From: Verrucomicrobiota bacterium
Lineage (GTDB): Bacteria; Verrucomicrobiota; Verrucomicrobiia; Opitutales; Seribacteraceae
Assembly (NCBI GenBank): GCA_027622665.1
Contig: JAQBYT010000002.1
Span: forward strand, 1-64,000
DNA length: 64,000 nucleotides
Reading direction: 5' to 3'
Shown piece by piece: positions 20,546 to 31,015 of this stretch; the stretch's first letter is position 1; each line of letters opens with the position of its first letter. The notes beneath the pieces were generated by a model that worked only from the letters and a program-made list of their open reading frames with translations, did no database searches and was not told the origin of the DNA. The position numbers were made by a program, and so were the translations under genes.

Positions 20546-23215
20546 ATGAGACAATCGCTTATTATTCTACTTGCGGCATCCTGTACCCCCGCTTTCGCCC
20601 AGAGGAAAATCGACGCGGTGACGGAGGGCAAGTTGGCCTTTGGAACCTACGGCTGCATTGTCTGCCACTCGGTCGACAAGAAGGATGTCACCGTGCGCAC
20701 CGGGCCGAACCTGTACGGCCTCTTCCTGAACCAGCCACGGGAGCGCGAAGTGGCCCATCCGGAAACGGGAGATAAGCGCAAGATCAAGGCTGACAAAAAC
20801 TATTACACGACTTCCGTTCGCACTTCCTGGGACGCGCTCGCCGTTGCCGAGCGGGGCGCCGCCAAGGGACAGCCCTTTCCCAAGATCATGCCGATGTATG
20901 CCCTTGAGGTGATTCCCGATGCGTCCATCGAATATATCTGGCACTACCTCCGGACGCTGGCCGATGAAGGACAGGCCGGACCCGCCAAGGTTGAGCTGAA
21001 GGAAGCCAAGAAGAGCGTGCCGCGCACCCTTGTCGCCATCCCCAACGAAGTGCTCGTGACCAAGCGAACACGCGTCTTCCGCGCACCGTTGCGCGGATCG
21101 AGCGCCCGGGCACTCCACGTCGGCCAACCCAACGGATTCAACTATACCTTTGATGCGCGCGTTCTGGGCGTGCGAAACATCTGGAGTGGTGGATTCCTTA
21201 ACCTTTCCGAGGAACGCAAGGGCAGAGCTCGGCCCGGTTCCACGCGAGGCCAGGGTCACAAGGTGTTCCTTCAGGGCGGCGGCATTCTGCAGCCCTTGTT
21301 GCCTTCCGGTGAGCCGGTCGACTTCGAGTTCAAGGAACCCGACGTGTTGGACCATAAGGCGATCGAGCGTTGGTTGTGGGAAGATAGAGATTTCCCTGAA
21401 TTGTTGGCCACCACGGATGCCGAGTTCGAGGGCCATCGCCTCGACCTGAAAACCGGCGATCCCGTGTTTTCCTTTCGGGTCGGTCGCAACGCGATCCAGC
21501 AGGGGGTTAAGCTGACCGACGATGGACAAATTGTGATCACCCTGCTGGGTGGTCTGAAGGTCGCCCAGAAATTCAAGGTGTCGACGGACGGTTTGACCGA
21601 TGCCAAGGTGCAAGGTGGCGCCCTGAAAGACGGCGTCTGGACGGTGGGGCCAACCAAATCGGACGCGGTTTTCTCCGCCCGCTTGGCAGGCGGTATCGTG
21701 GCCCGCCTCAGTGCCGGCGCAGACGAGGATTGGAGCGAACAACCGCTGGTCGTCAATACCGAGCAACTGGGACGCAAGCCAATGGAAGTTCCTGCCGGGT
21801 ACCGGTCCGAAAACTGGGAACCGCCCAAGGATATTTATGGGCGCAAGCAACTGTTCGAGGCGACCGGGATTGCCGTGGCAAAGGATGGTACCATTGTGCT
21901 GGCCACGCGCACCGCTGGTATCTGGCGCATCCGCAAGGGCAAATGGTCGCTCTTCGCGGAAGGAACTTATGAATGCCTGGGCGTCTGGATCGAGGATGAC
22001 AAGGGTGACAGCTTTGTCGTTATGCAGAAGCCCGAACTGACGCGTATCACGGACACCAATGGAGACGGCAGGGCAGACCAGTTCGAAACCGTATGCGACG
22101 ACTACGGGTTCCACGGAAATTACCACGAGTTTGCCCACGGCCCGGTACGCGACAGCAAGGGAAACTATTATTTTACATTGAACCTCTCGCACGGTGGCAG
22201 CGCGCGCACCTCCTGGCGCGCCGGCGGACCCTACATGGGCTCGATGGGCGGCTACCGCGGATGGGCTTGCCGGGTCACTCCGGAAGGCAAGTTCGAACCG
22301 TTCGCCAACGGGTTGCGTAGCCCGGCCGGTCTGGGCACGGATCCCGATGGCCGTATCTGGTACTCCGAAAACCAGGGTGAGTACGTGGGGTCGTCCAAAG
22401 TCGTGCCCCTGGAACAGGACAAGTTCTACGGTCACCTGTCGGGCCTCGTTTCCCTTCCCGGAAAGAAAAATCCGGACTCTCCCGAATTGAAGTTTGACCT
22501 TTGGAAAGGAAAGATCCGCAAGGGAGCGGTCTGGCTTCCGCATGGCAAGATAGCGAATGCTCCCGGTCATCCTGTATGGGACACGACCGGCGGCAAGTTC
22601 GGTGTGTTTCAGGGACAAATGTTCATGGGCGACCAAACCATGTCCAATCTGTTTCGAGTAGTACCCGAGCGCGTCAAGGGCATCGATCAGGGAAGCGTTA
22701 CTCCCTTTGCCCGCTTTTTCGCATCCGGCGTCATGCGCCCGGTCTTCTTGGATGATGGCAGTATGTTGATCGGGCAAACCGGTCGGGGTTGGGGTGCCTG
22801 GGGTGGCCAGCAGGGCAGCCTGCAGCGCATTATTTATGATGGCAAAACGGTGGCCGCCGACATTCACCATTCCAGCGCCGACTCAAAGGGCTTTCGCTTG
22901 TTTTTCACCCATCCGATCAGCGGGGAAACGAAGGAGGATGAGCTGAAAAACAAGTTCAAGATACAATCCTGGTTCTATACCAATACGGGTCGCTACGGAT
23001 CGCCCGAGCACGACCGCCGCGACGACCTCGTCGAGCGGGTGGAGGTCCGCCTGAAAGACAAGTCCGTGCTCTTGGTGCTCAAGGATTTTGGGGAGGGTGA
23101 CACTTGGCTCGATCGCATCTACCATATCCGTGTCGAAAACATTGGCGGGCTGTTCGGGGATGCACCCACCAATACGGGCCTGGGGACTTACTTCACCCTG
23201 CGCGTGATTCCTTAG
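20546..23215 (+). CDS. cytochrome c + beta-propeller protein (PVC-type)
   Basis: Signal peptide, CIVCH, GPNLYG, NGLRSPAG, ENQG. Confidence 0.8.
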   Translation: MRQSLIILLAASCTPAFAQRKIDAVTEGKLAFGTYGCIVCHSVDKKDVTVRTGPNLYGLFLNQPREREVAHPETGDKRKIKADKNYYTTSVRTSWDALAVAERGAAKGQPFPKIMPMYALEVIPDASIEYIWHYLRTLADEGQAGPAKVELKEAKKSVPRTLVAIPNEVLVTKRTRVFRAPLRGSSARALHVGQPNGFNYTFDARVLGVRNIWSGGFLNLSEERKGRARPGSTRGQGHKVFLQGGGILQPLLPSGEPVDFEFKEPDVLDHKAIERWLWEDRDFPELLATTDAEFEGHRLDLKTGDPVFSFRVGRNAIQQGVKLTDDGQIVITLLGGLKVAQKFKVSTDGLTDAKVQGGALKDGVWTVGPTKSDAVFSARLAGGIVARLSAGADEDWSEQPLVVNTEQLGRKPMEVPAGYRSENWEPPKDIYGRKQLFEATGIAVAKDGTIVLATRTAGIWRIRKGKWSLFAEGTYECLGVWIEDDKGDSFVVMQKPELTRITDTNGDGRADQFETVCDDYGFHGNYHEFAHGPVRDSKGNYYFTLNLSHGGSARTSWRAGGPYMGSMGGYRGWACRVTPEGKFEPFANGLRSPAGLGTDPDGRIWYSENQGEYVGSSKVVPLEQDKFYGHLSGLVSLPGKKNPDSPELKFDLWKGKIRKGAVWLPHGKIANAPGHPVWDTTGGKFGVFQGQMFMGDQTMSNLFRVVPERVKGIDQGSVTPFARFFASGVMRPVFLDDGSMLIGQTGRGWGAWGGQQGSLQRIIYDGKTVAADIHHSSADSKGFRLFFTHPISGETKEDELKNKFKIQSWFYTNTGRYGSPEHDRRDDLVERVEVRLKDKSVLLVLKDFGEGDTWLDRIYHIRVENIGGLFGDAPTNTGLGTYFTLRVIP

Positions 23216-23454
23216 TCTCCACCCACTGTGGTCACTAGGTGAGGTGCAGAGTCGCAACATACCTTGAATCACCCCTTAGTCCATAAATAACAGTGCCATT
23301 CGGGGCAGTTAACATTTCTTGATTTTGAAAACCTTCCTCCCACGAAAATCTTATTAGCTATTAAATCTGATAATTTTACCTTTAAATGTTTATGCTGATA
23401 ACCTGCAGGCTGGGAGGACCGAGCTGGGGATCAATACTCTATTCGGAATCCACC

Positions 23455-23910
23455 CTCAGATGCTGCCCCTTGGGAGATCGGCATAGCAGCACTGCAGGCA
23501 AACCTGACCAATGTCCTGACTGTCGACTCCTGATGCGGTGAGTATTTCGGGGCATGGAAAGGATTGGGCGTTACTGGAACCGGACGCGGTCTGGGTCATG
23601 TGGAGCAACCGGGAAACACGACCTGGACCAAGATCCGGCAGTACAATTCTGAGATGCTGGTCAAGCTTATGAAAGCCCTCGAAGCCATTCCTGAAGGCTC
23701 GGGCTCGATGATGGATAACACCTAGATTGTGTATTCCAGCAATAATGGAGAAAAGCAGCATACCGACGGCTCAAACTGGCCTTTTGTGCTTCTTGGGAAC
23801 GGCGGCGGACATTTCAAGACCGGTCAATATACCCATGTGGATAACCGTCCTATCAACGACCTCTATACCAGGTTCCTTTAAGGTTTTGGCGAGCCGGTCG
23901 ATCGCTTGTT
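23455..23910 (+). pseudogene. DUF1552 C-terminal remnant
   Basis: Clear nucleotide similarity to 43890-44340 with stop and indels. Confidence 0.8.
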
Positions 23911-24063
23911 AGTCTAGTTGATCGTTCAATTTACGCATAGCATTCAACTCCACGGCGGGTCAGGTTTTGGGTGTAGCACCTTGTTCGTTTTCGTTCGTTT
24001 CGGATCGCGATCCACTGGCCATGTGACCAGAAGTGTCGCTCGACGAACACATCGGAAGATTTA

Positions 24064-24190
24064 GCCGAACGTTAAGCATGAGGTCCGGCTGACCGGGGCC
24101 GGGACTTCGTTGCAAGACAAGGGTTAGAATTCCGGTCAATCATTTGAACTCGGGGCGCGTCAGCCGTTGCTATTCATGCACTTGTTTCCG
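24064..24190 (-). repeat. attC site
   Basis: CGGAAAC-AAGTGCATGA..CAACGGCTGAC...GTCAGCCG..TCATGCTTAAC-GTTCGGC; similar to 33606-33730. Confidence 0.85.
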
Positions 24191-25456
24191 ATGGATGAGA
24201 TGACGAAAAGCCACGCTACCCGCCAAACCGGCGATCGCGAAACCAAAGACCACCAAAAAGACGTGTTGATGACCGGTCGGTCCCGGGGAACGATCTAGAA
24301 GGTATCCCATAACAGGCCCCATGAATATATCGGGGGTGTAGCCTACCACGGATACGAGACCGACCGTGCTTCCGGTAAACGCGACAGGGACTTTGCCCTC
24401 CTTCATGATCGCATAGTAGAGCCCGCGCAACGCGAAGATGCCCAGACTCGCGCAGATGATAGTCATCAGAAATATTCCGACCATTCCGGGATGGATGAGG
24501 TCGCAGCCCAGCACTAGGCTCCCAACCGCGAGTAGTGCAAAACTGACTACGGTCATCAATCCCGCACTCGTTCGATCGGCAAGATAGCCGGCCGCGATCG
24601 CGGCGATGGGTCGCATCCACAACGACACAGTGCCGGTTTTCGCAGCATCGACCTCATTCAACCCGAGAACGTCGCTGGCGTAGAGAGAAAAATCATCGGT
24701 TGCCTTGAATCCGACATACGCACAGATGATGATAAATGCTTGGAGCCAGACGGTAGGCATTGCAAAAACATGCGAGATGCCACGAAGATTGAAGTTCGAT
24801 GATTTGGACTGGCCGTGCCGCGTGCTGCTCGGCAAGGTAAACCAGACCAGCACTGCTGTGCCGCATGTCATAGCGGCCATAAGCAAGATGATTTGGCGGA
24901 GGGCTCCCGTTCGCTGTTCCACAGTCGCGGACGCCACATCCTCGGGGATCAGGGAGGCATAGATTGCCACCATCACCGAGCCGGTCACTGCCGTGAGCAG
25001 TCCTCTCCCGCCATCCAGTAACCCAAAAGCGGAGCCCTGCTTCATTTCACCGCCCCACTCGCGGGTCGCCCGCATCAGTGCGGCCCAGAATAGTGCAATG
25101 GTGGTCAACCCCCAATAGGCATACAGAAGCTTCAGCGAGGAAAGCGAAGGGATAACCGCAAGGACAAGACCTCCCGCTGCGGTTGTGATAAGGGCTGTGG
25201 CAATAAGTTTGCGCGGACTGAACGCGTCGGCCAGCGGTCCCCCGGGCAGGTAGGCGACCATCGCGACGACTCCGTAGAGTGAGAAGGCGATCCCCAGTTC
25301 GAAATTGGTGAGACCGAACACCTCCAGCAGTGTCGGCCTGAATATCCGGGCTAGGACGAAGGGCAGAAAGAAAATGGTCTCACCCGCCATGATCAAGACC
25401 ACAAGGCTCAACAGCCTGGGGAGTCTTGGGTCCCTATTGTGTTCTTCTGGCGTCAC
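24170..25456 (-). CDS. MFS transporter
   Basis: About 12 hydrophobic segments; GGPLADAFSPRK and GYLADR motif-A-like loops. Confidence 0.9.
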   Translation of the reverse strand: MTPEEHNRDPRLPRLLSLVVLIMAGETIFFLPFVLARIFRPTLLEVFGLTNFELGIAFSLYGVVAMVAYLPGGPLADAFSPRKLIATALITTAAGGLVLAVIPSLSSLKLLYAYWGLTTIALFWAALMRATREWGGEMKQGSAFGLLDGGRGLLTAVTGSVMVAIYASLIPEDVASATVEQRTGALRQIILLMAAMTCGTAVLVWFTLPSSTRHGQSKSSNFNLRGISHVFAMPTVWLQAFIIICAYVGFKATDDFSLYASDVLGLNEVDAAKTGTVSLWMRPIAAIAAGYLADRTSAGLMTVVSFALLAVGSLVLGCDLIHPGMVGIFLMTIICASLGIFALRGLYYAIMKEGKVPVAFTGSTVGLVSVVGYTPDIFMGPVMGYLLDRSPGPTGHQHVFLVVFGFAIAGLAGSVAFRHLIHRKQVHE

Positions 25457-25467
25457 AATGCCAGCAA

Positions 25468-26244
25468 CTATTCAATGCCACATGTATCGATGAAATTATC
25501 GGGAATCGGTGCCACGATGCGGCCAATGAGTGCGTAATATTTCAGCGGAACCCCCTCCATAGAGAAGCGATGCGTGTAACGCTCAAGCTGAAAAATGTCG
25601 AGATATTCGGAGAAGATCAGTTCACGGATAAACTTGGAAAACCCGGAGTCATCCGAGCGATCAAGGAAGGTCTCCTTGATGTTGAGGGCAACCCAGCCAT
25701 TCGTGGCAACCAGCTTCAGAGCCTCGAAAAATGCTCTGGGTGGGATGTCGCCGAAACCAAGGGCGGCCACCGAAGCCAGACAGTCGAAGTTCCAGTCTTT
25801 GAGGTCTTCCTTCTGCTCTGCGGACAACTTGGTGAAATCCGCGACGACATAGTCGTCATAGACGAACGGACGATCTCTAAAGGCCGCTTCTCTAGCTTCC
25901 GGAATGATGTCGACACCGACGACTCGGGACACTCCGGTCCCGCGCAGCCGTTCTGCCATCATTCCGTTGCCTGCTCCCAAATCAATGACACGGAGCTCAC
26001 TGCAGCTTATCAATTCTGAGGCGACACTCCGCTGCAGGAGTTCGGTGACCTTCTGTGGTGATGTGCACCTTAGGCGGTCGTAGAAAAGTTGCTCATATAG
26101 ACCTGGCCTTGCAAAAATGTCGTTGTAATCGTGAAAGCGCAATTTAACTGACTTTCCGTCTTCGATGAGGAAAAAATAAGCCTCAGCCTGTGAGAGTTCA
26201 TGCTCTCGTTCGGGTGGAAATTGAATCTGGTATCTTTTGGTCAT
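25468..26244 (-). CDS. class I SAM-dependent methyltransferase
   Basis: RVIDLGAGNG, VGVDI motifs. Confidence 0.88.
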   Translation of the reverse strand: MTKRYQIQFPPEREHELSQAEAYFFLIEDGKSVKLRFHDYNDIFARPGLYEQLFYDRLRCTSPQKVTELLQRSVASELISCSELRVIDLGAGNGMMAERLRGTGVSRVVGVDIIPEAREAAFRDRPFVYDDYVVADFTKLSAEQKEDLKDWNFDCLASVAALGFGDIPPRAFFEALKLVATNGWVALNIKETFLDRSDDSGFSKFIRELIFSEYLDIFQLERYTHRFSMEGVPLKYYALIGRIVAPIPDNFIDTCGIE

Positions 26245-26383
26245 AGCTTGTCGTCTTCGAAGTTCGTTGTGCTTTCAGTTCCTGCAGCCCGGCAAGCTTG
26301 TGCAGCCCGGCAGTAACAGGATGACCGTGCACGTAATCGATATTGAGAATAGATCTAGATCTTGCATAATTATTTAAGGTTTC

Positions 26384-26437
26384 GTTCAACGTTTGCGTTC
26401 ACGCACACGGTTTACCGCGTCGCTGTGCAACGCTTTG
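26384..26437 (-). repeat. attC of MarC cassette, split by group II intron (remainder 28269-28274)
   Basis: Removing the intron rebuilds ACCAAAC-AAAGCGTTGCACAGCGACGCG...CGTGTGCGTGAACGCAAAC-GTTGAAC. Confidence 0.8.
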
Positions 26438-28268
26438 GTACGCCCGGCACGGGCGTCAACTGATGTGGTTGAAGTCCAATGTACATGGAACCTGTAAGTT
26501 GAATTCAACAATGAAAGTAAGTTATGACAAAGTACTAGCCAATGGCAACTGCGAAGTCGCGAGGCGTAGGGTAAATGACGCGTTTGCGCGACGGAAGTTG
26601 GTGTTCTTATCCGGGGAGGCCTCGCGGCGATGGCTTAGATTTGCCGTACGGTCGTCGCGACCGTCGCAGCAATGCGACGGCGGACCGCGAGGAGTCAGCA
26701 GAGGGCATAGTAGCGCTATGAAACGAGCCGGAAGTAGTTGCCGACGGGATGCCCGTCCAGCGAAGAAGTCCGGAGGTCTCACTTGGCGCGAAGGCCTGAA
26801 CCGATACGACGGGTCCTGGTCCGTTTGCTCGCCCTGCGGGTATGCCTTGCCAGAGGTAGCGCGGGAGCGGCGCGAAGTGGAGAGCGAGAATCCTGGATGC
26901 TACCTGATGGAAGCGATTTTGGATGCGGACAACGTATCCGAAGCGTGGAAGCGGGTGAAGGCCAATAAAGGAGCGGCAGGAGTCGACGAAGTGTCCATCG
27001 AGGATTTTCCGATCTCTTCCGCGCCGCTTGGCCGAGACTGCGCGAGCGTTTGGGGTCGGGCTCGTACGAGCCTGCTCCAACGCTTCGCGTGGAGATAGAG
27101 AAGCCCGACGTCGGTAAGCGTCTGCTGGGCATACCGACGGTTCTGGATCGCGTGATTTAGCAATCGATGGTAAGAGTGTTGGGTCCGATTCTGGATCCGA
27201 CGTTCAGCGAGAGCAGCTTCGGGTTTCGCCCGAAGCGCTCGGCCAGACAGGCCGTCGAGCAAGTTCGCGACATTATAAAGTCAGGTCGTCGCGTTGCGGT
27301 GGATTTGGATTTGTCCAAGTGTTCCGGTTCCTTCGGCCCGGTCTTGTCGCAAGCTCGGAACTTCGACCGCGTGGACCACGATATGCTGATGTCGCGATTG
27401 GGGCGAAGGATCCGAGACAAGCGCGTTTTGCGTTTCATCGGCAAGTACCTCCGATCTGGCGTTCAAGTCCAAGGGCGCCACCAGCGAACGGTGGAGGGAG
27501 TGCCGCAAGGCGGTCCTCTGTCGCCGCTGCTGGCCAATGTGATGCTCGACGATCTAGACAAGGAACTGGAGGAGCGCGGACATCGGTTCGCCCGCTACGC
27601 GGATGACTTCGTCGTATTGGTGAAGAGCATAGGCCTGGGGAGCGAGTGATGTCGAGCGTGCGGAGGTTCTTGGAGGAAAGGCTCAAGCTGAAGGTGAACG
27701 AGGAGAAGAGCAAAGTCGTGAAAGCGGCCGATCTCGAGTTCCTCGGATTCGTCTTCAAGGGCGGCAAGATCGTATGGAGCGAGAAGTCGCTGCGTACGTT
27801 TCAGGCGAAGATTCGCGAGCTGACGAGGCGCAGCTGCGTACGTTTCCATGGAGTGGAGACTTATGAAGCTCGCGCAATACATGCGCGGGTGGATGGGTTA
27901 CTATGCGATTAGCAAGACCTTCAAGGAAGTGCGTCGCATGGACCACTGGATACGTCGCAGAATCCGCTGCTGCTATTGGAAGCAGTGGAAGACGCATCGC
28001 AATCGCGTCCGCAACCTGATGGCTCTGGGGGTGGGGCGCCGCAATGCGATCATAACCGGAGTCACGAACCTGGGACATTGGAAGATGTCCAAGACTCCAG
28101 GAGTGAATCAAGCTCTATCGAACGCCTATCTCAAAGAGCAAGGTCTGCTGTCTTTGGAGGCTCTTTGATATCCGGCTACGGCCCGATAACATATTGGAAC
28201 CGCCCAGTGCGGATCCGCAAGCTGGGTGGTGTGGGAGCCGGGGGAGTTAATGCCCCTGGCTACCCGAT
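26438..28268 (+). mobile_element. group IIC(-attC) intron
   Basis: 5' GTACGCCCGGCACGGGCG; DV/DVI GAACCGCC..GCGGATCCGC..GGTGGTGTGGGAG..CTACCCGAT; antisense to cassettes, inside R''. Confidence 0.88.
26907..28168 (+). pseudogene. ltrA: group II intron reverse transcriptase/maturase (frameshifts and stop)
   Basis: AWKRVKANKGAAGVD, LGIPTVLDR, SFGFRP, GVPQGGPLSPLLAN, RYADD, GWMGYY; no endonuclease domain. Confidence 0.9.
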
Positions 28269-28281
28269 TTTGGTATCCGTT

Positions 28282-28893
28282 TCAGAATTTGTGCGCCCAG
28301 GTCCTGAGCCCCTGCATGATCATTTCCACCGAGATTGTGCCGACGAACAGGGCCGTGATGCGACCTGCGATTTCAATATATCTGTGGATCAACGGTTCGC
28401 GTTTTGGGCGGACCAAATCGTGCAGAGCCTTGAGGCCAACCATGAGTATGATTGAAATCAAGACTGCGGCAAGGATCGCACCACAAGCTGGGACGGCGTC
28501 GTGTCGTTTCCCAATGATGACGCTCGCACTGATGGTGCCCGGTCCGATGAGAATAGGCATCGCGATCGCACCAGCAAGGTGCTCCGATTCGCCACGCAGG
28601 AGCTCGATGGCCATGGGGCCGCGGAAGACAAACTGCAGACCAATGAGCAGGAACACAATGCCTCCGAAGATCTGGAATGATGCGAAATCGGCCTGCATGA
28701 CATCCGAGAATACCGCGTCACCGAGAACGGCGAAAAGCCAGAACACTGCGGTGGCGATGAGTCCTGCCCGTACTAACACCCGGGTGAACTGAGCTCGATC
28801 GAGTTTCTGAACCACGTCGATCAGGTAGATGATCAGGAGAAAGGGGTTCAGCAGCACGAGCAACAAGGCTGAAGATATGATTAGGTCTGTCAT
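28282..28893 (-). CDS. MarC family membrane protein
   Basis: LLNPF, FQIFGGIVFL, MPILIGPGTIS. Confidence 0.9.
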   Translation of the reverse strand: MTDLIISSALLLVLLNPFLLIIYLIDVVQKLDRAQFTRVLVRAGLIATAVFWLFAVLGDAVFSDVMQADFASFQIFGGIVFLLIGLQFVFRGPMAIELLRGESEHLAGAIAMPILIGPGTISASVIIGKRHDAVPACGAILAAVLISIILMVGLKALHDLVRPKREPLIHRYIEIAGRITALFVGTISVEMIMQGLRTWAHKF

Positions 28894-28903
28894 CTGTTCT
28901 TAC

Positions 28904-28977
28904 ACCGAACGTTGCCATCACCTACCCGGATCGCAGCACAGCGAGATTTTGGGTTAGCGTGCATGGCTTTGTTGTGC
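28904..28977 (-). repeat. attC site
   Basis: GCACAAC-AAAGCCATGCAC..ACCC...GGGTAGGTGATGGCAAC-GTTCGGT. Confidence 0.88.
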
Positions 28978-28981
28978 AATC

Positions 28982-29554
28982 CTATTCCTTCTCGGTGATC
29001 TCTATGTCAACGGGGGGGAGGTCAATCTTTCCCTCCCATATTGTTGCTTTGCCCGGTCCGCCCATGAAGTCTGCAGCTCTGCCGGATGAGAATTCTCCAG
29101 AGATGCGATACGTACCGGGAGAGAGCTTCCAGATAAGCGTAGTGATGTCCAGATGCGAACCCTTTGCTCCATCTTGACTCTGTATACTTACCCGGAAACC
29201 GAGATACCCTCCGCGCGGAATTATACCCCAATGCGGCGATGACAGGATATCTGATCTCGTAAAAATGGTTTTCACCTGCTTGCCCGCGGCGTCAAATACC
29301 GTAACGCGGAAGATATGCGGGTTGTGGCACTGGACTGCGAGGGGAATATTGCCGCTATTGGATAACTCCAGAGCAAGCTCGAAGTACTCGTCGGTCGTGA
29401 TTGCCGATTTCGCGACACGCAAGCGCCCGGAAAGATTCGACACAGGATTGGACCAGGCGTTCTTCACAGGTGCAAGTGGGCCGGCTGCTGCTAAGACGCC
29501 GAACAATAATCCTGCGATCGCTGACGCAAGGGCCGCATTGCGTGTGTTCGTCAT
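28982..29554 (-). CDS. exported hypothetical protein (Ig-like)
   Basis: Start MTNTRNAALA inside cassette boundary; signal peptide; LELSN...PGTYRI. Confidence 0.7.
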   Translation of the reverse strand: MTNTRNAALASAIAGLLFGVLAAAGPLAPVKNAWSNPVSNLSGRLRVAKSAITTDEYFELALELSNSGNIPLAVQCHNPHIFRVTVFDAAGKQVKTIFTRSDILSSPHWGIIPRGGYLGFRVSIQSQDGAKGSHLDITTLIWKLSPGTYRISGEFSSGRAADFMGGPGKATIWEGKIDLPPVDIEITEKE

Positions 29555-29568
29555 GATTCCTCTGCTAT

Positions 29569-29628
29569 GCATAACGTCTAGGGTGTGGGATCGAGCTTGC
29601 GAGATTCCGCACGACCCTCTGGTTATAT
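29569..29628 (-). repeat. attC site
   Basis: ATATAAC-CAGAGGGTCGTGCGGAATC..GATCCCACACCCTAGAC-GTTATGC. Confidence 0.9.
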
Positions 29629-29650
29629 TGCGTTTCTCGGCGCTCACGGT

Positions 29651-30190
29651 TCACTTCATGCGTATGGTTATTGTATTGGACGGCGGAATTGCACTTGTCT
29701 TTCCATCCTTCGTCACGGGCGCCAGGCCTCTGAATTGCACAGTGTAAAGTCCGCGACGGCTGATGTCGTATTGTTCCTCGAGGATGAAGTCATAGAACAA
29801 TGGAAGGCTGTCTCCTGGTTGCAAGATGAGATCCCCTCCAATGGTGGAGCACCATTCAGCTCGATAAGGTACGATGTTACCTTTAGAATCCTTAACCAGC
29901 AATGAATCATTACATCCCGCGGCTTGCGCGTCGTAGTCAATCGGCTTGTCGCTTGTGTTGCTCAATGCAAGTGTCAAGAGAATCAACCGCCCTTTGGCAA
30001 GGCTGTTTTTTCGTTCCCATAATCCAGTTCTCAAACCGCCTTTTTCGCCCCCCACGGGATTGACTCCAACTGCGCAACTTTCGCGTCTTGTAAACGGCTT
30101 CCCGATCCGAAGGGACGGCATCCGAATGCAATTACACAAAGTGTGACCGGCAGGATTAGGCGCATTTGTATTCCAGTCATGATATAACAA
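29651..30190 (-). CDS. cassette hypothetical protein (Ig-like; N-terminus uncertain)
   Basis: GLRTGL..LALSNTSDKPI..GLYTVQF..SNTITI; fills cassette 29622-30188. Confidence 0.55.
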   Translation of the reverse strand: MLYHDWNTNAPNPAGHTLCNCIRMPSLRIGKPFTRRESCAVGVNPVGGEKGGLRTGLWERKNSLAKGRLILLTLALSNTSDKPIDYDAQAAGCNDSLLVKDSKGNIVPYRAEWCSTIGGDLILQPGDSLPLFYDFILEEQYDISRRGLYTVQFRGLAPVTKDGKTSAIPPSNTITIRMK

Positions 30191-30290
30191 TTAGAGTGTT
30201 AAACCTAGTTGCGGATTCATGGACAGAGGTTACCCGCAAAGGGAGGGTTTGAACCAACAAAAAGTGTCGATCGAGGGTGTCGCGGCAACG

Positions 30291-31015
30291 TCGTATAAAA
30301 CTTTGTTGGACTTGCCGGTGACCTATGGGGAAAAGTAAACGATTGCCGGTGGCTGAACGCTGTCCGGCGCACTCCATTTGAGCGCGGGCGAGCTATTCAA
30401 CGTACATTTCCCCTTGATCAGATGATGTGCAATGGCTGAATTTTCACTTGTCTGCTCCAGCGAGTGCACACCGCTGCATGCACGCGAAAAGGGCGTGTTT
30501 CGAAAGCGAGTATTTTCGTTGAGCAGGCGCATGGTTACGGAGGATCGTGGTTGCGAATAGGAGGGAGCTCACGCAGCTGTTCCATACGGCCGGTCTTACA
30601 ACGCCTGCACGCACACAGGTCGATGGCGTAGACGCGGGCGATGCGTTCGACGGGTGTTTCGTCGATGAGTTCGGGCGTGGGCTGTGCGATCAGTTGACGG
30701 ATAAGTGGGATGTTGGCTTTACGTACGGCGTTGCCCAAAAAACCGTAGTGGCGGATCCGCGTGAAGCCGTTGGGCAGGACGTGCATAAAGAACCGACGCA
30801 GGAACTCTGCACCATCAAGGCTGAGCGTTGTTTTCCTGGCCGCGTTCTTTGGGTCGCGGCAGGCGAAGGTGACGCCGTGTTCGTCTGCGTGATTGATGCG
30901 GGCGTTGGAGATGCCAACCCGGTGTGTATAGCGTCCGAGGTATTGCAACACCTGCTCGGGGCCGCCAAAGGGGCGCTTGCCGAAAACCACCCAGGGCTTT
31001 TTGTAGAGCGGATCC
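30291..31015 (-). mobile_element. IS91-family (Y2 transposase) 3' remnant with probable ori end
   Basis: PWVVFGKRPFGGPEQVLQYLGRYTHR..EFLRRFFMHVLP..RIRHYG..CxxC; downstream TCCCCATAG..GTCCAACAAAGTTTTATAC. Confidence 0.85.

Noticed and set aside
20567..22870. 767-aa minus-strand ORF
   Set aside because: Antisense shadow of the cytochrome c/propeller gene; no motifs
23930..24063. Further empty cassette with partial attC (AACGAAC-AAGGTGCTACACCC)
   Set aside because: Only a left arm is visible, with no pairing right arm or ORF
26907..28168. Retron, DGR or defence-associated RT
   Set aside because: Flanking 5' and DV/DVI intron structures and the maturase domain identify a group II intron; no TR/VR pair seen
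28982..29647. Extended ORF starts crossing attC sites (29647, 31487, 33681)
   Set aside because: They run through upstream attC hairpins; starts were reassigned inside cassette boundaries
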